55,791 nt of DNA from the NCBI GenBank assembly GCA_964372075.1, contig CAYJPR010000001.1, positions 1-55,791 of the forward strand, read 5' to 3'. A program made the translations under genes and the position numbers. The notes below the pieces were generated by a model. The model saw nothing but the letters and a program-made list of their open reading frames with translations, was not told the origin of the DNA and did not search any database. The DNA is from an uncultured Desulfovibrionaceae bacterium (lineage in GTDB: Bacteria > Desulfobacterota > Desulfovibrionia > Desulfovibrionales > Desulfovibrionaceae). Of this stretch, positions 53,414 to 55,791 are shown piece after piece; the stretch's first letter is position 1, and each line of letters opens with the position of its first letter.

Positions 53414-54799
53414 TTACTGGGCATCAAGCCATTGTTGAATGTCTGCCAATTGCTTTTGCACCGATTGCGGCCCGGTGCCACCGGGAGTATTACGGCGCAG
53501 CACAGCGGCTTTATAATCTAAAATGGCAAAAACATCTTCTTCAATATGCGAGCAAATACTTTGCAAAGTGGCTAAATCCAAATCTTCAAGCCCCTTACCT
53601 TCTTGCTCAGCAAGAGCCACAGCGGCGCCGGTTATATGGTGCGCCTCGCGAAAAGGTATACCCTTGCCCACTAAATAATCTGCCAATTCCGTGGCATTGA
53701 GAAAACCTGCTTTACACGCCGCATACATACGATCAGTGCGGAAAGTCAAAGCTTCTAACATACCAGCCATAAGCGTGAGCGATGCACGTAAGGTGGTGTC
53801 GGCATCAAGAAAAGGCTCTTTGTCTTCTTGTAAATCTCTATTATAGGTAAGCGGAAGGCCTTTTAAAGTGGTGAGCATGGCGGTGAGACTGCCATACACA
53901 CGCCCCACTTTACCGCGCATAAGCTCTGCCACATCGGGGTTTTTCTTTTGTGGCATGATGGAAGAGCCCGTGGCATAGCCGTCGGGCAACTTAATGAAAC
54001 CAAAGGCCGGATTAGCCCAAATGAGAATCTCTTCGCAAAAGCGCGAAAGATGCATCATGGTGCAAGAGGCCGTAAATAAAGCCTCAGCTAAAAAATCTCT
54101 ATCGGCCACAGCATCCATGGAATTATGGAACACGCCGTACATATCCAGCTCTTGCGCCACAGAATGCGGATCCAAATTATAGGTGGTGCCAGCTAAAGCC
54201 GCCGCACCTAAGGGAGAAATACGCACCCTGCGCTCGCACTCTTGCATACGCGCAGCATCGCGGGTGAACATCCACGCATAAGCCAGCATATGCTGCGCAA
54301 GGCTTACAGGCTGAGCCGGCTGTAAGTGGGTATAGCCCGGCAAAATGGTGTCTTGGTGCTCTTTGGCGCGTTGTACAAATACAGCCACCAAAGCTTGCGT
54401 AAGGCGTTGCCATTCACGCATGCTATCAGAAACAAAGAGACGAAAGGCAAGGCCCACTTGGTCGTTACGACTACGCCCTGTGTGCAATTTCTTGCCCACG
54501 TCTCCCACAATTTCTGTCAAACGCGATTCAATATTCATGTGTACATCTTCGAGGGCCATCTTCCACTCAAAGTCACCGGCTTCAATCTCTGCTTTCACAG
54601 CATCAAGACCTTGCACAAGCTGCTCTGCCTCTTGAGTTTCTATAATACCCTGACGACCAAGCATACGCGCATGGGCTTTGGAGCCCGCTATATCATGCGC
54701 ATACAAAGCCTGATCATAGGAACAAGATTCTGTATAAGCGGCCACAGCCTCTTCGGGGCCTTTAGAAAAACGGCCACCCCAAGATGTATTTTTTGACAT
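53414..54799 (-). CDS. argH: argininosuccinate lyase
   Basis: 461 aa with the fumarate-lyase superfamily signature ([12 protein letters not shown]) and a typical ArgH N-terminus (WGGRFS...). Confidence 0.97.
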   Translation of the reverse strand: MSKNTSWGGRFSKGPEEAVAAYTESCSYDQALYAHDIAGSKAHARMLGRQGIIETQEAEQLVQGLDAVKAEIEAGDFEWKMALEDVHMNIESRLTEIVGDVGKKLHTGRSRNDQVGLAFRLFVSDSMREWQRLTQALVAVFVQRAKEHQDTILPGYTHLQPAQPVSLAQHMLAYAWMFTRDAARMQECERRVRISPLGAAALAGTTYNLDPHSVAQELDMYGVFHNSMDAVADRDFLAEALFTASCTMMHLSRFCEEILIWANPAFGFIKLPDGYATGSSIMPQKKNPDVAELMRGKVGRVYGSLTAMLTTLKGLPLTYNRDLQEDKEPFLDADTTLRASLTLMAGMLEALTFRTDRMYAACKAGFLNATELADYLVGKGIPFREAHHITGAAVALAEQEGKGLEDLDLATLQSICSHIEEDVFAILDYKAAVLRRNTPGGTGPQSVQKQLADIQQWLDAQ

Positions 54800-54832
54800 G
54801 AATATCTCTTCTTTTTTCGAAATGCGCTACGT

Positions 54833-55791
54833 TTACTTAAGGTTCATTTTTTGCTTCATGCCGGCAATGGTGCGAAGGCGCAAACCATCTAAGCGAATAA
54901 AGCCGGCGGCGTCCTTATGATCATAAGTAGCTTCGTCAGCTTCTTCAAAGGTAGCCAAATCATGAGAGAAAAGACTATAAGGAGAAGTACGCTGCATGGG
55001 CCAAGCATTACCTTTATAAAGCTTTAAGGTCACGCTACCGGTGACATATTCTTGGGCTTTATCCATAAGAGCTTGCATAACTTCACGCTCAGGAGCAAAC
55101 CAGAAGCCGTCATAAATAGTAGTAGAATAACGAGGCACCAACAAATCACGTGTGGCTAAAACTTCGCGGTCAAGGCATAAGCCTTCAAGGTCACGGTGCG
55201 CAGTGTATAAAATGGTACCACCGGGAGTTTCATACACGCCGCGGCACTTCATGCCCACGACACGGTTTTCTACCATATCTAGGCGACCAATGCCGTGCTT
55301 AGCACCCAAGGCATTCAAATGCTTGATGATAGTTGCCGGAGACATGGCTTCACCATTAAGGGCAATGGGATTGCCGCGTTCAAAATCAATGGTGATCATT
55401 TCAGGAGTATCGGGAGCTTCTTCCACAGGCACGCATAAACGGTGACAAGAAACATCGGGCGCTGCGCCTGGATCTTCCAATTCAGAACCTTCAAAGCTGC
55501 AGTGAAGCATGTTTTCATCCATGCTATAACGCTTGGCTTCAGAAGAAATGGGAATGCCATGCTTATCGGCAAATTCATTGAGCACCGTACGGGACATAAG
55601 ATCCCACTCACGCCAAGGGGCGATAACGCGCAAATCCGGAGCAAGAGCATTGACGGAAAATTCAAAACGTACTTGGTCATTTCCCTTACCGGTGGCACCG
55701 TGTGCTACAGCATCTGCACCTTCTTTACGGGCAATCTCCACAAGACGCTTAGCAATAAGCGGACGAGCAATGGCGGTACCAAGCAGGTAAC
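54833..55791 (-). CDS. argG: argininosuccinate synthase, 5'-truncated by the window edge
   Basis: The reading frame stays open to the window end (...[43 protein letters not shown]...). The N-terminal ATP-binding part lies outside the window. Confidence 0.95.
   Translation of the reverse strand, partial: YLLGTAIARPLIAKRLVEIARKEGADAVAHGATGKGNDQVRFEFSVNALAPDLRVIAPWREWDLMSRTVLNEFADKHGIPISSEAKRYSMDENMLHCSFEGSELEDPGAAPDVSCHRLCVPVEEAPDTPEMITIDFERGNPIALNGEAMSPATIIKHLNALGAKHGIGRLDMVENRVVGMKCRGVYETPGGTILYTAHRDLEGLCLDREVLATRDLLVPRYSTTIYDGFWFAPEREVMQALMDKAQEYVTGSVTLKLYKGNAWPMQRTSPYSLFSHDLATFEEADEATYDHKDAAGFIRLDGLRLRTIAGMKQKMNLK

Noticed and set aside
1-55791. A scan of the whole window for CRISPR repeats, tRNA/rRNA/tmRNA genes, IS elements, integrases, toxin-antitoxin pairs and classical defence genes.
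   Set aside because: By eye I found no direct-repeat/spacer arrays, cloverleaf-like segments, terminal inverted repeats, or transposase, recombinase or nuclease signatures. A covariance-model or HMM scan would be needed to exclude small RNAs.

Overview
The 55.8-kb window is a bacterial chromosomal segment with about 50 protein-coding genes, all but four on the minus strand. I found no rRNA, tRNA, CRISPR array, transposase or integrase. The gene content suggests a Desulfovibrionales-like anaerobe: a triheme cytochrome c peroxidase, a heme-c sensor kinase, an Fe-S aldo/keto reductase and a minimal PTS. That taxonomic guess is inference only.

Housekeeping and ordinary genes:
- Left part: SSF symporter, cutA, catalase, an EF-G paralog, rpsA, a J-protein, an M24 peptidase pair, an aldo/keto reductase and a 5'-nucleotidase.
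- Right part: cytochrome c peroxidase, a TPR protein, comEC, smpB, ptsI, ptsH, an EIID-like protein, argH and a partial argG.

The stand-out region is a tightly packed minus-strand block at 38573-21950, which runs on into a hybrid kinase / HD-GYP regulator pair ending at 18028. All of its products are predicted to be extracytoplasmic:
- a secreted SH3b-vWA protein translationally coupled to a MacB/FtsX-type ABC pair;
- an FGE (SUMF1)-fold protein that lacks the catalytic cysteines;
- two coiled-coil lipoproteins, one with a glycine zipper;
- an S41 C-terminal processing peptidase;
- a 1430-aa protein with six NTF2-like repeats, whose C-terminal two-domain module recurs as a separate gene and as a frameshifted relic;
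- a PA14-like protein and two low-GC membrane proteins.

I cannot assign this combination to any named system.

Upstream of the block lies a 1.35-kb gap that is extremely AT-rich in its left part. It holds a decayed HhH-GPD glycosylase pseudogene and a C9 tract. Beyond it is a low-GC feoAB and two-component module that includes an untracked 46-aa Cys-rich ORF.
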